A stretch of 24,354 bases of DNA from a candidate division WOR-3 bacterium (GCA_039801565.1 JBDRUX010000028.1:1-24354), one strand, 5' to 3'. Counted from the first letter of the stretch, positions 1-11,945 are shown. Program-made: numbers and translations. The notes: a model not told the origin generated them from the letters alone.

Positions 1-2
1 TT

Positions 3-200
3 AAGAAAAAATGTGGCTTAAAGATAGCTGTCGTTGGCTGTGTCGCCCAACTTGAAGGCGAGGAATTATTCAAACTTCAGCCCCATATAGATTATATTCT
101 TGGACCTGATAACTATCTTGAGAAAAGACGGGGCAAGTGGTTATGCGATGCGGCTTTTCGAAATTGCCCCCGGCGGTGCAATTCCAACTCATACCCATAA
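3..200 (+). pseudogene. miaB: Truncated fragment of a tRNA methylthiotransferase (MiaB-like) N-terminal domain, entering from the left edge
   Basis: Frame 3 reads KKKCGLKIAVVGCVAQLEGEELFKLQPHIDIILGPDNY, matching the end of the MiaB/UPF0004 domain (GCxAQ..GE......vD...GP..Y). Similarity stops near nt 120 and the frame ends at TAA 198-200. Confidence 0.7.
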
Positions 201-375
201 TTTTGAACAACACGAAATCTTTGTCTTACAAGGTTCGGCAAAAGTGACCGCAGGTGAAAAAGAATTTCGGGTTAAAAAAGGCGATGCGATTTTTGTACCG
301 GTAGGTGAACCCCATAGTTATATTAACGATGGCAAAGAACCGTTTAGATTTATCTGCGTGATACCGGTAAAATAG
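100..375 (+). CDS. Cupin 2 barrel protein, apparently missing its native N-terminus
   Basis: DGA..AMRLFEIAPGG..P.HTH...HEIFVL.G and GD..FVP.GEPH.Y.N cupin motifs. The TTG start lies inside miaB-like sequence and has no SD. Confidence 0.75.
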   Translation: MDLITILRKDGASGYAMRLFEIAPGGAIPTHTHNFEQHEIFVLQGSAKVTAGEKEFRVKKGDAIFVPVGEPHSYINDGKEPFRFICVIPVK

Positions 376-376
376 A

Positions 377-698
377 TTATGGCATAATCCATAACTCTAA
401 ACATATTGAGGAGGTCAGTCTTTTAGTGCCGGCTATTATTGGAATAAGCCATATAGGAGGTTGTGTCGGAAGTGGGCTACAAAGTAATCTTCGACCCAAT
501 GCCCAACCTTACCCACCTCCCCACCTCTGAAATAACCTTAAAATCCCTCCTCTAACCAGGTAGACAAGAAACTTACGAACCGAAATTCGAATTTAATCCC
601 TCGGCTTCCTCTGTGCCCAATAACCAGGTTACCTTTAGACCTAACCCCGAGACTGCTCCTTATACAGTATAGGGGGTAGCCAGGGGCTAGCCCCTTAT
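377..698 (-). repeat. Degenerate copy of the 12-bp-period intergenic element also at 22971-23231
   Basis: Reverse complement shares GGCTACCCCCTA (670-681) and terminal GAGTTATG (391-398) with the other copy, with weak 12-nt phasing between. Confidence 0.5.
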
Positions 699-988
699 GA
701 TATGTCAATAGGACAAAAGGTTCTCAAAATCAATAACTTAACCTCTAAACCCAGACAAAAGGGTTTTGCCCTTTGAATCCCAAATCCAATTCGGGGCAAG
801 CGATACTATCTTAAAGCGAAATTTAATGTAACATCCAAAGAAATCAAATAGATAGATAAAAAATTTGGTTAATTTTAGGTCAAAGTATATCTCAATTTTC
901 CTGGCACAAAACCTATCCTGAGGTTTGACGAATTTATCACTAAAAATGAAATTAGACCTAACAGACCAAAGATAAACTTTTCTGTAGT

Positions 989-1891
989 TTATCTTTCGGA
1001 AAAATTACAGATTTTTTCACCAGATTTACATTTATCACATTCTAATTCTAATGTCACATGGGTGATTTGAAACCTTTGCTTTAGTCCACATTCCAATTCG
1101 GTTAATAACTTATGGTAAGAACTGATTAAATTATCACTAACCACAATATGAGCCATTAAGGCTCTTTCCCCTTCGCCCAAGGTCCAAATATGAAGGTCGT
1201 GTAAATCTAAAATATCCTTAAAACTTAAAACAAACTGGCGAACATCATCAAATTTTAAATCTTTTGGTGTACTATCAATCAGGATGCTTGCCGACTCCCG
1301 TAAAATCTTATACGCACCATAAATTACATAACCGGCAATGATGATTGCCAGAATTGGGTCAATTAAATACCAGTGAGTGAAGCGCAGTATCAAACCACCA
1401 GCAAGGACCGCAATCCAGCCTAAGAAGTCATCCAATAGATGTAACATTGCGGTTCGGATACTGATACTGGTACGGTCTCGATACAATTGCGCTATCGCTA
1501 TGCCATTGACGATTATACCTACAATCGCTACACTCCAAAGGACATCTTCTCGAACTTTTTCGGGGTGGATAATTCGCAAAAAGGCGGTCCGCAAAACGAT
1601 AACCGTCAGGACTGCTAAAACGAAGGCATTTAGGAAGGCAATAAGAATACGAATCTTCTTATAACCAAATGTCCGCTTATGATTGGGGTTCAGCTGCGCT
1701 ACCCGCAGACCGATATAAGCCAAAGTTAGGGCTAATGAATCGAAGAAATCATGCAAACTGGATGAAATCAGAGTCAAACTATTAGCGTAAAGCCCGGCGA
1801 TAAATTGTCCTAAGGCAAATACCAAGTTAAGAGCGAGGGATATTATTAAACTGCGCTTTTGCCGACCCAAATTGTTAAAACAAATTGCCAT
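989..1891 (-). CDS. czcD: Cation diffusion facilitator (Zn/Co/Cd efflux, CzcD/ZitB-like)
   Basis: About 6 TM segments; LHDFFD and HLLDD site-A motifs; TFGY; C-terminal HDLHIW and HVTLE motifs. Confidence 0.9.
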   Translation of the reverse strand: MAICFNNLGRQKRSLIISLALNLVFALGQFIAGLYANSLTLISSSLHDFFDSLALTLAYIGLRVAQLNPNHKRTFGYKKIRILIAFLNAFVLAVLTVIVLRTAFLRIIHPEKVREDVLWSVAIVGIIVNGIAIAQLYRDRTSISIRTAMLHLLDDFLGWIAVLAGGLILRFTHWYLIDPILAIIIAGYVIYGAYKILRESASILIDSTPKDLKFDDVRQFVLSFKDILDLHDLHIWTLGEGERALMAHIVVSDNLISSYHKLLTELECGLKQRFQITHVTLELECDKCKSGEKICNFSER

Positions 1892-1898
1892 TTAAATT

Positions 1899-1927
1899 AT
1901 AATACTTTAAGGTTAACTAAAAATCAA
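1899..1927 (-). promoter_or_regulatory. Putative sigma-70 promoter of the CDF gene, leaderless spacing
   Basis: TTGATT-17 nt-TATTAT, then 7 nt to the ATG at 1891. Confidence 0.45.
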
Positions 1928-1938
1928 TTGTTAAATTT

Positions 1939-3000
1939 TTATGAACTTGGTAAGTTTTGATAAAGCGGATAAAGTTCATCAGGTGCTAAAACAAACACTA
2001 CCAGTGGTTGTGGTATTGCCCAGCGATTAGTAGACACAAGCTGTTTATTTAGGCAGTCCACCACCGCCACCCCTTTAATTCCTCTTATCTTTCCCAGAAT
2101 AGATTGGAATTTTTCTACCTTTAGACCTCGAAAATCGTAAATCTCATCAACCAAAATACCAATTTTTTCCTTGCCCGTGTTTAGGATTAATGCCAAAAAG
2201 GTCTCTTTTGTTTCATTCTCTTTGGTCAAATTTTCTTCCGATTCATTGGGCAAAGGGTTGTTTGAATCGGATAAGGGAATAGAATCATAGAACACAATCT
2301 GCTTACCATCAAGCATAGCCGTAATCTCATTCGCCACTAATTTTAAATCAGCCAATGATAGTTTTACTACCTTTTCGACTTCGGAATAAAGAATTGCAAA
2401 AAATCTACCATTAACACGAAAAATCAAGTGGGGTTCAGTAGCGTGTGCTGAGTGAAACGAGGTAAACTCTTCTTGCCGAGAACAAATCTCAACGCTACTT
2501 TTTTCTGCCTTTTCTGCTATCGTATCGGTTACAGCGTCGGGAGTGAAGGAATTACTTTCAATTACCGGTTGTGGCGCATTTTGCATCGCGATATGTTGGC
2601 TTTCTGTCCTCAGTTTAATTTCGGCACTTTTCTGTTGATGGAGCATATCTAATACCGATGCCAAATCTTGAATATTAATATTAGTGTGCTCAGTTGCCGA
2701 GACAAGGTGATTGGAAATCAAATAGAGGGTTTCGAGCATAATCTGAACATTTTCCTGGGAGTAAATCGGCGAGGAAAACTGGTCTAATTCCGTAAGCGGA
2801 ATTCCTTCAAGAAGGGTTGTCAGTTTTTCTATTAAAATTTTAAGTCCGGGTAAATTTAAATCATTTATCGCATCACTCAACTGCTGAAGTTCGGTCTTCA
2901 AAGTATTTATTAAATTGGGCGTCGGTGGCAAATCGCCTAATGCTCGAAAACCGTCTTGCAAGAGTAAAATGAGTTGTTTCGCTTTGAGCAGGCTGGACAT
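1939..3000 (-). CDS. CheA-like protein: degenerate Hpt-like N-terminus, linker and CheW/P5-like C-terminus, no kinase core
   Basis: C-terminal LIFRVNGRFFAI..SEVEKVV and KIGILVDEI..GIKGVAV are CheW/P5-like. The N-terminus is helical and Hpt-like. No HATPase N/G1/F/G2 boxes seen. Confidence 0.65.
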   Translation of the reverse strand: MSSLLKAKQLILLLQDGFRALGDLPPTPNLINTLKTELQQLSDAINDLNLPGLKILIEKLTTLLEGIPLTELDQFSSPIYSQENVQIMLETLYLISNHLVSATEHTNINIQDLASVLDMLHQQKSAEIKLRTESQHIAMQNAPQPVIESNSFTPDAVTDTIAEKAEKSSVEICSRQEEFTSFHSAHATEPHLIFRVNGRFFAILYSEVEKVVKLSLADLKLVANEITAMLDGKQIVFYDSIPLSDSNNPLPNESEENLTKENETKETFLALILNTGKEKIGILVDEIYDFRGLKVEKFQSILGKIRGIKGVAVVDCLNKQLVSTNRWAIPQPLVVFVLAPDELYPLYQNLPSS

Positions 3001-3924
3001 TTAACCCACTGATTGAGAAATCTCTGCCAAGAGTTTTTTTATCTCATTTTTTTGGTTCATTGCGTAGTCAGTTAAGCGTCTCATTTCTTCGGCGATAACT
3101 TGAAATCCTCTGCCGGCCTCACCAGCCCGAGCCGCTTCTAATAAAGCATTGAATGCCATAAGGGAAATCCTTTCTTCCAGGTCAGAAATAGTATCTTCAA
3201 TCTTTTGGAATTTGATTTGCAATAACCGAGTATCTTGTTTAGTTTCGGCTTGGGTTCGAATTGGTTCTTGAACAAGTTGTTCGGATAAGCCACTATGGGT
3301 GGGCAGGTTCATTTCCACCGGTTTTGAAATTTGTTGTTTTTTAAGAACAAGCAAAAGCAAAATCAGTTCCACAAGCCAAAGCCCCAAAGTGATGCCAATC
3401 GCTAATAACCAATAAAATTTAAGTCGGTGTCGAAATTTATCATTCCGGCCCTCAATTTTCTCCAAGGTCAATTCCCTAATATTAATTGCCAAAGCTACTG
3501 TATTGGCTAATTCGCTTCGCAGATTACCGATGCCGGCAACGGCTGATTTGCTTAGGTCTTCTTCGCGGTGAATTTCCAAAAGATTTTTGATAATATCTTT
3601 TTGTCGTTTGATTGAATGGGCGAGTGTATCAATAACTTCCTGGTTGGGTTGAATTTTGCGGACCACTCCATTAGTTTTGTTTTCCGCCGCTGTTAGATAT
3701 TTTGCTAACGAATCAAGCAGGACTTTCTGACCAAATAGCCGATACTTTTCTAAGAATATCTGTTCGTCCTTTAAGATTCGAATCAGTTCCTCGACCGGTG
3801 TCAAATCGTTGATGGCATTAGCTGGTAGCTTTTTAAGGAAAGTTAATCCATACCACCCTAAGGCAAAGAAAAACAAAATGGTAACCAAAAATCGAAACAC
3901 CGAATAGATTTTTATCAGCATCAT
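3001..3924 (-). CDS. Methyl-accepting chemotaxis protein with a very short signalling domain
   Basis: Two TM segments plus hairpin-tip motif LMAFNALLEAARAGEAGRGFQVIAEEMRRL. Start set at 3924 because of the GAGGAGG SD (ORF track gives 3945). Confidence 0.85.
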   Translation of the reverse strand: MMLIKIYSVFRFLVTILFFFALGWYGLTFLKKLPANAINDLTPVEELIRILKDEQIFLEKYRLFGQKVLLDSLAKYLTAAENKTNGVVRKIQPNQEVIDTLAHSIKRQKDIIKNLLEIHREEDLSKSAVAGIGNLRSELANTVALAINIRELTLEKIEGRNDKFRHRLKFYWLLAIGITLGLWLVELILLLLVLKKQQISKPVEMNLPTHSGLSEQLVQEPIRTQAETKQDTRLLQIKFQKIEDTISDLEERISLMAFNALLEAARAGEAGRGFQVIAEEMRRLTDYAMNQKNEIKKLLAEISQSVG

Positions 3925-3934
3925 TGTGCCCTCC

Positions 3935-4393
3935 TCATACTTCAACCCAAACCATTTCTTTTGGGTCTAAAAGCCAAATCGTTGTTCCGTTATTTTCAAA
4001 AACTTGAAGTTTTTGCGACTTGATGGAACCCGGCAGGTTTAGATTAGCCGGTAGATTTTCTAAAGGGTTAACCGGCTTTATCCTGTCGTTGGGGAAATGT
4101 TTTAAACCTACTACCTTATCAATTAAAATGCCAAATCGCTCCAGTTTATTTTTCAAAATTAATAGTAAGGGTTTTTTTTGTGCTGTCACTTCGATTGATA
4201 ATGATTTTTTAGTTATATTCACGACTGGGACCGCTTGCCCAGCCACAACACCAATGCCTAAGATATTGGCTGGACTAAATGGCAGCGAAAACAACTTTGG
4301 ACAAGGATAGATGCCAATGACTGATTCGGTTGGTAAAGCGAGGTTTGTATTGTCCTCAATCGTTACAACAAAATAATTTTGATCGGAAATCAT
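3935..4393 (-). CDS. cheW: Chemotaxis coupling protein CheW
   Basis: LALP.ESV, LP.SP.NILG....GQAVPVVN, FGILIDKVVG and LLDP motifs; directly upstream of the MCP. Confidence 0.8.
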   Translation of the reverse strand: MISDQNYFVVTIEDNTNLALPTESVIGIYPCPKLFSLPFSPANILGIGVVAGQAVPVVNITKKSLSIEVTAQKKPLLLILKNKLERFGILIDKVVGLKHFPNDRIKPVNPLENLPANLNLPGSIKSQKLQVFENNGTTIWLLDPKEMVWVEV

Positions 4394-4594
4394 TTTCTAT
4401 CCTAACTGAAAAGAAAATCAAAAATATAGAGAAGTTTGGGGTTTCTTGTTCTCATAAATAAAAAACCTTCCATCGAAAAATTACCCGCTACTTTAGGTTG
4501 TACCTATTTCTAATTTTGTTAAAGTTTTGACTCCCCTCTCAAATCGGTTTGTCATCCCTATTCCCCTTTTTATCTGCCCTCTATTATTTTTACT

Positions 4595-4622
4595 ATTATA
4601 ACTAAATAAATGATAAAGTCAA
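4595..4622 (-). promoter_or_regulatory. Sigma-70 promoter upstream of the cheW-MCP-cheA-like cluster
   Basis: TTGACT-16 nt-TATAAT on the minus strand. Confidence 0.6.
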
Positions 4623-4648
4623 GAGATCGGTTTTCTTAGGCATTTTGC

Positions 4649-5431
4649 TTATTGCTTTCTTTTGACCCGTTCCCAGACTTTGTCCATCTCAGTTAGCGAT
4701 GATTTGGTTAAGTCTTTTTTATTTTTCGCGAAATCTTTCTCTAATTTTTGGAACCGCTTGATAAACTTATCCGTGGATTGATTTAAAGCCACTTCAGCAT
4801 CAATGTCAAGGTGTCGGGTCAAGTTTACTAATGCAAATAACAAATCACCAAATTCTTCTTGGGCTTTTCGTTTTTGTTTCCTTTTAATTTCAGCTCTCAG
4901 CTCAGCAAGTTCTTCTTCAATCTTTTCCAGCACCCCTTTATAATCGGGCCAATCAAAGCCAACCCTTTTCACCCGCTCCTGAACCAACTGGGCTTTGTGT
5001 AAAGCCGGCAGATTATTGGGAATGCCAGCTAATATCGAAGTCCCTTTTTCTTGCTGTTTGATGCGTTCCCAATTGCTCAACACTTCTGAGACATCCTTAA
5101 CTTTCACTTTTTTGAATACATGGGGATGGCGTAAGATCAGTTTATCCTTTACCTGCTTGATAATTCGGGATAGATTGGTTTTTCTCTTTTCCGCCAATAA
5201 TCTTGTGACAAATAAAATCAGAAAAAGTAGGTCGCCCAACTCTTCAGTAATCTTTTTATTATTTCTTTCTCTAATTGCGGCATCTAATTCAAATGCTTCA
5301 CTGATAATCAAGGGTCGGACCGAAGCTAAAGTTTGTTTTTTATCCCAGGGACATTTCTTCCGTAATTTTTTTAGTACTTTAATCAATTCATTTAGACTTG
5401 CCGAGTTAGTTGAACGATTTAGGACTGGCAT
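4649..5431 (-). CDS. mazG: Nucleoside triphosphate pyrophosphohydrolase MazG
   Basis: CPWDKKQT, EELGDLL, RHPHVF, GFDWP, EEFGDLLF motifs; two MazG domains. Confidence 0.95.
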   Translation of the reverse strand: MPVLNRSTNSASLNELIKVLKKLRKKCPWDKKQTLASVRPLIISEAFELDAAIRERNNKKITEELGDLLFLILFVTRLLAEKRKTNLSRIIKQVKDKLILRHPHVFKKVKVKDVSEVLSNWERIKQQEKGTSILAGIPNNLPALHKAQLVQERVKRVGFDWPDYKGVLEKIEEELAELRAEIKRKQKRKAQEEFGDLLFALVNLTRHLDIDAEVALNQSTDKFIKRFQKLEKDFAKNKKDLTKSSLTEMDKVWERVKRKQ

Positions 5432-5437
5432 CGCTAA

Positions 5438-5465
5438 AGTCTAATAAGATTTTTTGCTCGGTCAA
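5438..5465 (-). promoter_or_regulatory. Putative sigma-70 promoter of mazG, leaderless spacing
   Basis: TTGACC-16 nt-TAGACT, then 6 nt to the ATG at 5431. Confidence 0.55.
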
Positions 5466-5498
5466 GAAAAAGCGAAAGGAGGACTATAAAACTTTTAT

Positions 5499-6368
5499 TT
5501 AGGCGAGTTTGGTTTTGAGTTTTTGTGCGATTTCGGCGGGTTCGTAAATTACTTCAATTCCTGCTTCTTCAAATGCCAAAATTTTCTCTTTAGCCGTGCC
5601 TTTGCCACCAGCAATAATTGCTCCAGCATGCCCCATTCTTTTATCAGCTGGTGCGGTTTGACCAGCAATGAAGCCAAACACGGGCTTTTTTATCTTCCGC
5701 TGAACAAATTTTGCCGCCTCTTCTTCATCAGTTCCACCAATCTCACCGACAATCACAATCGCTTCGGTCTGCGGGTCAGCGTTGAAGAGTTTTAAACAGT
5801 CAATGAAATTGGTGCCAATAATTAGGTCACCACCAATCCCAATCACCGTTGATTCGCCATAGCCGGCTTGGGTGATATGATGAGCAATTTCGTAGGTCAA
5901 AGTACCAGAACGGGAAACGACACCAACCTTGCCTTTTTTAAAAACCGCACCAGGCATAATCCCAACCTTTGCCTCGCCGGGTGAGATTAGACCCGGTGAA
6001 TTTGGACCAATTAGGCGCGTCTTCTTATCTTTTAGATAGTCCATCAGTTTTATCATTGCCAAGGTTGGGATACCTTCGGTAACACAGACAACTAAATCCA
6101 ACTTAGCATCAACCGCTTCGTAGATTGCATCAATGGCAAAACGGGCTGGCACAAAGATGATTGAGGTGTTTCCCCCGGTTGCCTTTTTGGCTTCTATTAC
6201 GCTATTGAAAACTGGTATGCCATTAACATCCTGGCCGGCTTTGCCTGGGGTTACTCCAGCGACAACTTTGGTGCCATATTCCAGCATTGAGCGGGCGTGA
6301 AATGCACCATCTCTGCCTGTAATCCCTTGAACAATTACCTTGGTATCCTGATTGACCAAAATGCTCAT
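5499..6368 (-). CDS. sucD: Succinate--CoA ligase (ADP-forming) alpha subunit
   Basis: [30 protein letters not shown] (phospho-His). Confidence 0.97.
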   Translation of the reverse strand: MSILVNQDTKVIVQGITGRDGAFHARSMLEYGTKVVAGVTPGKAGQDVNGIPVFNSVIEAKKATGGNTSIIFVPARFAIDAIYEAVDAKLDLVVCVTEGIPTLAMIKLMDYLKDKKTRLIGPNSPGLISPGEAKVGIMPGAVFKKGKVGVVSRSGTLTYEIAHHITQAGYGESTVIGIGGDLIIGTNFIDCLKLFNADPQTEAIVIVGEIGGTDEEEAAKFVQRKIKKPVFGFIAGQTAPADKRMGHAGAIIAGGKGTAKEKILAFEEAGIEVIYEPAEIAQKLKTKLA

Positions 6369-7513
6369 TATTTTGCCAATGCCACTGCCTTCTGCACCGC
6401 TTCCGCCATATCTTTAGCCGGGATAACTTGTGAACCATTTAGTATCTTATGTGCTTCGGCTTCATTGGTTCCGGTCAGCCGGGCAACAATCGGCACTGCT
6501 ATTTTTGACTCTTTTAAAGCGGCAAGCAAACCCTGGGCGACATCATCGCACCGGGTAATGCCGCCAAAGATATTAATTAGAATCGCCTTCACATTCTTAT
6601 CTGATAAAATAATTTTCATTGCGGTAATCATCTTTTCTGGACTTGAGGAACCACCAATATCTAAAAAATTGGCTGGTTCACCGCCAAATCTTTTAATTAA
6701 ATCCATTGTCGCCATTGCCAAACCCGCACCATTGACAACACAGCCGACATTCCCTTCAAGTTTGACATAGGATAAACCAGCCTTTTTAGCTTCCAATTCA
6801 TTAGGTTCCTCACCAGTCGGGTCTTGTAAATCGGCGAGTTCGGGATGGAGAAATAAACCATTGTCGTCAAAGACAATCTTGGCATCAAGGGCTATAAGGC
6901 GGGGACTGGTGGCTTGGGACTGGCGAATTGTGACTAAGGGGTTGATTTCGGCTAAACTACAATCTTTATCCCAAAAGATTTGATAGAGTTTTTGAGCGAT
7001 GGCGCTAAACTCATTGACTATTTGGGAATCGGCAAATAATTTAAATCCAATGTTGCGAGTCTGAAAAGGTAAAAGCCCAATACTTGGTTCAATTGGTTGT
7101 TTGATTATTTTTTGAGGTGCGGTTCGGGCTATTTCCTCAATATCAACGCCGCCAGCTGATGAGGCTAAAAGTACTGGTTTTCTTATGGCTCGGTCAATAG
7201 TTATACCGAGATAATATTCTTGGGCAATCGGAATTGCTTGGGCAACTAAGACCTTTTTTACCGGAATTCCTTTTATTGTCATCTGCAGGATTTGATTTGC
7301 TACACTTGCTACATCTTCAATTTTTTCGACCAATTTGATACCACCGGCTTTGCCTCTACCACCGACTTTGACTTGTGCCTTAATCACTACTGGCAGACCC
7401 AATTCTTGGGCAATTGCTTTAGCTTCTTCTGGGTCAGTAGCAACCTTCTCTTTACCGACCGGAATACCATATTCGGCAAAGATTGCCTTAGCCTGATATT
7501 CGTGAATCTTCAT
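6368..7513 (-). CDS. sucC: Succinate--CoA ligase (ADP-forming) beta subunit
   Basis: [48 protein letters not shown]. Confidence 0.97.
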   Translation of the reverse strand: MKIHEYQAKAIFAEYGIPVGKEKVATDPEEAKAIAQELGLPVVIKAQVKVGGRGKAGGIKLVEKIEDVASVANQILQMTIKGIPVKKVLVAQAIPIAQEYYLGITIDRAIRKPVLLASSAGGVDIEEIARTAPQKIIKQPIEPSIGLLPFQTRNIGFKLFADSQIVNEFSAIAQKLYQIFWDKDCSLAEINPLVTIRQSQATSPRLIALDAKIVFDDNGLFLHPELADLQDPTGEEPNELEAKKAGLSYVKLEGNVGCVVNGAGLAMATMDLIKRFGGEPANFLDIGGSSSPEKMITAMKIILSDKNVKAILINIFGGITRCDDVAQGLLAALKESKIAVPIVARLTGTNEAEAHKILNGSQVIPAKDMAEAVQKAVALAK

Positions 7514-7519
7514 TGGATT

Positions 7520-7587
7520 ACGAATAGAACGAATGACAACGAATAAGACTAATATTCGGGGAATTCGCTGACATTAGCTGTATTCGA
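7520..7587. repeat. Dyad-symmetric array of short ACGAAT / ATTCG motifs
   Basis: ACGAAT at 7520, 7529, 7539 and ACTAAT at 7548, mirrored by ATTCG at 7554, 7563, ATTAG at 7573 and ATTCG at 7582. Confidence 0.7.
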
Positions 7588-7593
7588 TTACCT

Positions 7594-7836
7594 TCATTGT
7601 TCAAATTCAATGACATTGCAGGTAAGGGTCTTTTCAATGCCATCAATCGCTTGAATCTTATCTAAGACCAGACGCCCAATGGTATTAAAGTCAGTGCCTT
7701 GGACCGTAACGATGATATCATAAGGTCCAGTTACCGCACTGATATGGGTAACATTGGGAATTTTTTGCAATTGGTCATAGACAGCTCTTGCCTTACCTGA
7801 TGCCACATTGATTAAAATATAAGCAGTAGCAATCAT
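7594..7836 (-). CDS. Stand-alone Lrp/AsnC ligand-binding (RAM) domain protein
   Basis: AYILINV..G, VTGPYDIIV, IQ.IDGI.KT.T; 80 aa with no HTH. Confidence 0.88.
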   Translation of the reverse strand: MIATAYILINVASGKARAVYDQLQKIPNVTHISAVTGPYDIIVTVQGTDFNTIGRLVLDKIQAIDGIEKTLTCNVIEFEQ

Positions 7837-7844
7837 AACCCTTC

Positions 7845-8108
7845 CTAATAAATTAAACCACCTAATTGCGCCTCATCAAATTTAACCGCAATGCAGGTGG
7901 TAGTTTTTTCCACTCCTTCTAATTTCTGAATTTTTTCACTGACGATGACTCCGATATAACTGACATCAGCTCCCTGAATCGTTGCCATAATATCCCAGGG
8001 GCCTAAAATCATTTCGACATGGACAACGGCTGGAATTTCTTTTAGTTTATTAAAGACTTCTCGGGCTTTACCTGGGGTGCAATTGATTAGAACGAAACCG
8101 GTTTCCAT
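7845..8108 (-). CDS. Second stand-alone Lrp/AsnC ligand-binding domain protein
   Basis: GFVLINC.PG, GPWDIMA, IQKLEGV.KT.T. Start is 8108 or 8114, behind AAAGGA (ORF track gives 8126). Confidence 0.88.
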   Translation of the reverse strand: METGFVLINCTPGKAREVFNKLKEIPAVVHVEMILGPWDIMATIQGADVSYIGVIVSEKIQKLEGVEKTTTCIAVKFDEAQLGGLIY

Positions 8109-8119
8109 CTTCATTCCTT

Positions 8120-10348
<2,229 letters not shown>

Positions 10349-10352
<4 letters not shown>

Positions 10353-11305
10353 TTTTGACTTTGCCACCAATCAATCGTTTTTTTAATACCGGTTAGAAGG
10401 TCGGTCTTGGGATGCCAATTCAATATCTTCTTAGCCAGATTGTTTGCCAAAATACTCTTTTTTATTTCGCATTGTCGAGTATTAATGAATTCGGGTGGTT
10501 GGTTAAATTTAAGGACATTAGCAATTAGTTTATAGAGTTGGCGGGTAGTAGTACCCTTGCCACTCGAAATATTCAGTATCTTATTATTACCTTTAGTCAT
10601 TGCCTTTAGCGTTGCTGATACGACATCGTCAATATAAACATAATCTCGGATTTGTTTACCATCCCCATAAATTGTTGGTGTTTGATTTGTTAGCATTTTT
10701 TTAATAAAGATTGGTATCGCCCCGGATCCACCTTTAGGGAACTGTCTTGGTCCAAAGACATTGGCATAGCGCAGGATTGTAAATCCCATACGATGAAATT
10801 CGCAAAAGCGCGCAATGTAATTCTCACAAGCCAATTTACCAATGCCATAAGCTGAGATCGGTCTTAAAGCAGCTACTTCAGGAATCGGGAGGTGATTACA
10901 GTTGCCGTAGACAGCAGCGGTGGAGGTAAAAATAAATTTTTCACATTTTGCTTCACTCGCTGCCGCTAATATATTGATCGTCCCAATCAGGTTAACCTCA
11001 ATATCTGCTCGAATCGCTGCTTCCGATACCGTAGTATCGGTCAAAGCGGCTAAATGGAAAAGAATTTTTGGCTTTTCTTGAATAATGACCGACTTTACTT
11101 CTGGGTCTTTAATGTCAATCTGATAGAATCTGGCGTTATTGGGGATATTTTCCAAGCGCCCAGTCGATAAGTCATCAATAATAACTACTTCATAAGTTAG
11201 CTTCGTAAGGAGATGAGCCAGATGGGAGCCGATAAAACCTGCCCCACCGGTGATTAGTACCTTATCCTTTTTATTCTTTTTTATTGAGACAGTCCGGGTT
11301 CGCAT
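10349..11305 (-). CDS. NAD-dependent epimerase/dehydratase (UDP-glucose 4-epimerase-like)
   Basis: TGGAGFIG, STAAVYG, YGIGK (YxxxK), RYANVFGP, GDGKQIRDY. Likely start 11305. Confidence 0.92.
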
Positions 11306-11321
11306 TAGATTTTGTTTGGTA

Positions 11322-11909
11322 TCAATGGGCACCGCGTCCGGTAAGTACCACCCCAACGGTCTTCAAGAAAATCTGCAAATCAATCAGTAAGTTCTGATTT
11401 TCCATATAGTAAAAATCGCAAGCCAATTTTTTTCTAACATCGTCTAAGCAAGAGTCGTAATGGTGGTTCACTTGAGCCAATCCAGTAATGCCTGGTTTAA
11501 GCTGGAGTCGACGCGTGTATTCGGGAATTTCCCGTTTCAGATACTCAATGATTTCGGGTCGTTCGGGTCGAGGTCCGACTAAACTCATTTCACCTTTAAG
11601 AACATTAAGTAGTTGGGGAAATTCGTCCAAACGGGTTTTCCGCAACATCCTACCGATGGAAGTGATGCGGGGGTCATTTCTTTTCGCCCAAATCGGTCCG
11701 GTATGCCTTTCCGCACCATTTACCATCGAACGGAATTTATAGAGGTCAAAGATCTTACCGTTTTTGCCCACCCTTTTTTGAATGTAAAAGGCGGGTCGAC
11801 CACTTTCGATAAAGATGAGTATAGCGATAATTATTGCGAATGGCAAGAAAAATAAAATTCCAATTAAAGACAGGCAAATATCGGTTGCCCGCTTTATAGC
11901 CAAATACAT
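11322..11909 (-). CDS. Bacterial sugar transferase (polyprenyl-phosphate phosphoglycosyl transferase)
   Basis: KR..D, YKFRSM, DPRIT, LDEFPQL.NVLKGEMSLVGPRPE, KPGITGLAQV. Likely start 11909. Confidence 0.93.
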   Translation of the reverse strand: MYLAIKRATDICLSLIGILFFLPFAIIIAILIFIESGRPAFYIQKRVGKNGKIFDLYKFRSMVNGAERHTGPIWAKRNDPRITSIGRMLRKTRLDEFPQLLNVLKGEMSLVGPRPERPEIIEYLKREIPEYTRRLQLKPGITGLAQVNHHYDSCLDDVRKKLACDFYYMENQNLLIDLQIFLKTVGVVLTGRGAH

Positions 11910-11917
11910 TAAACCTA

Positions 11918-11945
11918 ATTTTATACTGAAAATGCCTGAAGTCAA
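11918..11945 (-). promoter_or_regulatory. Putative sigma-70 promoter of the sugar transferase-nfn-suc run
   Basis: TTGACT-16 nt-TAAAAT, then 8 nt to the ATG at 11909. Confidence 0.55.

Noticed and set aside
445..556. Small ORF behind GGAGG in the first intergenic region
   Set aside because: Only about 30 codons, lies inside the degenerate repeat tract, and has no supporting features.
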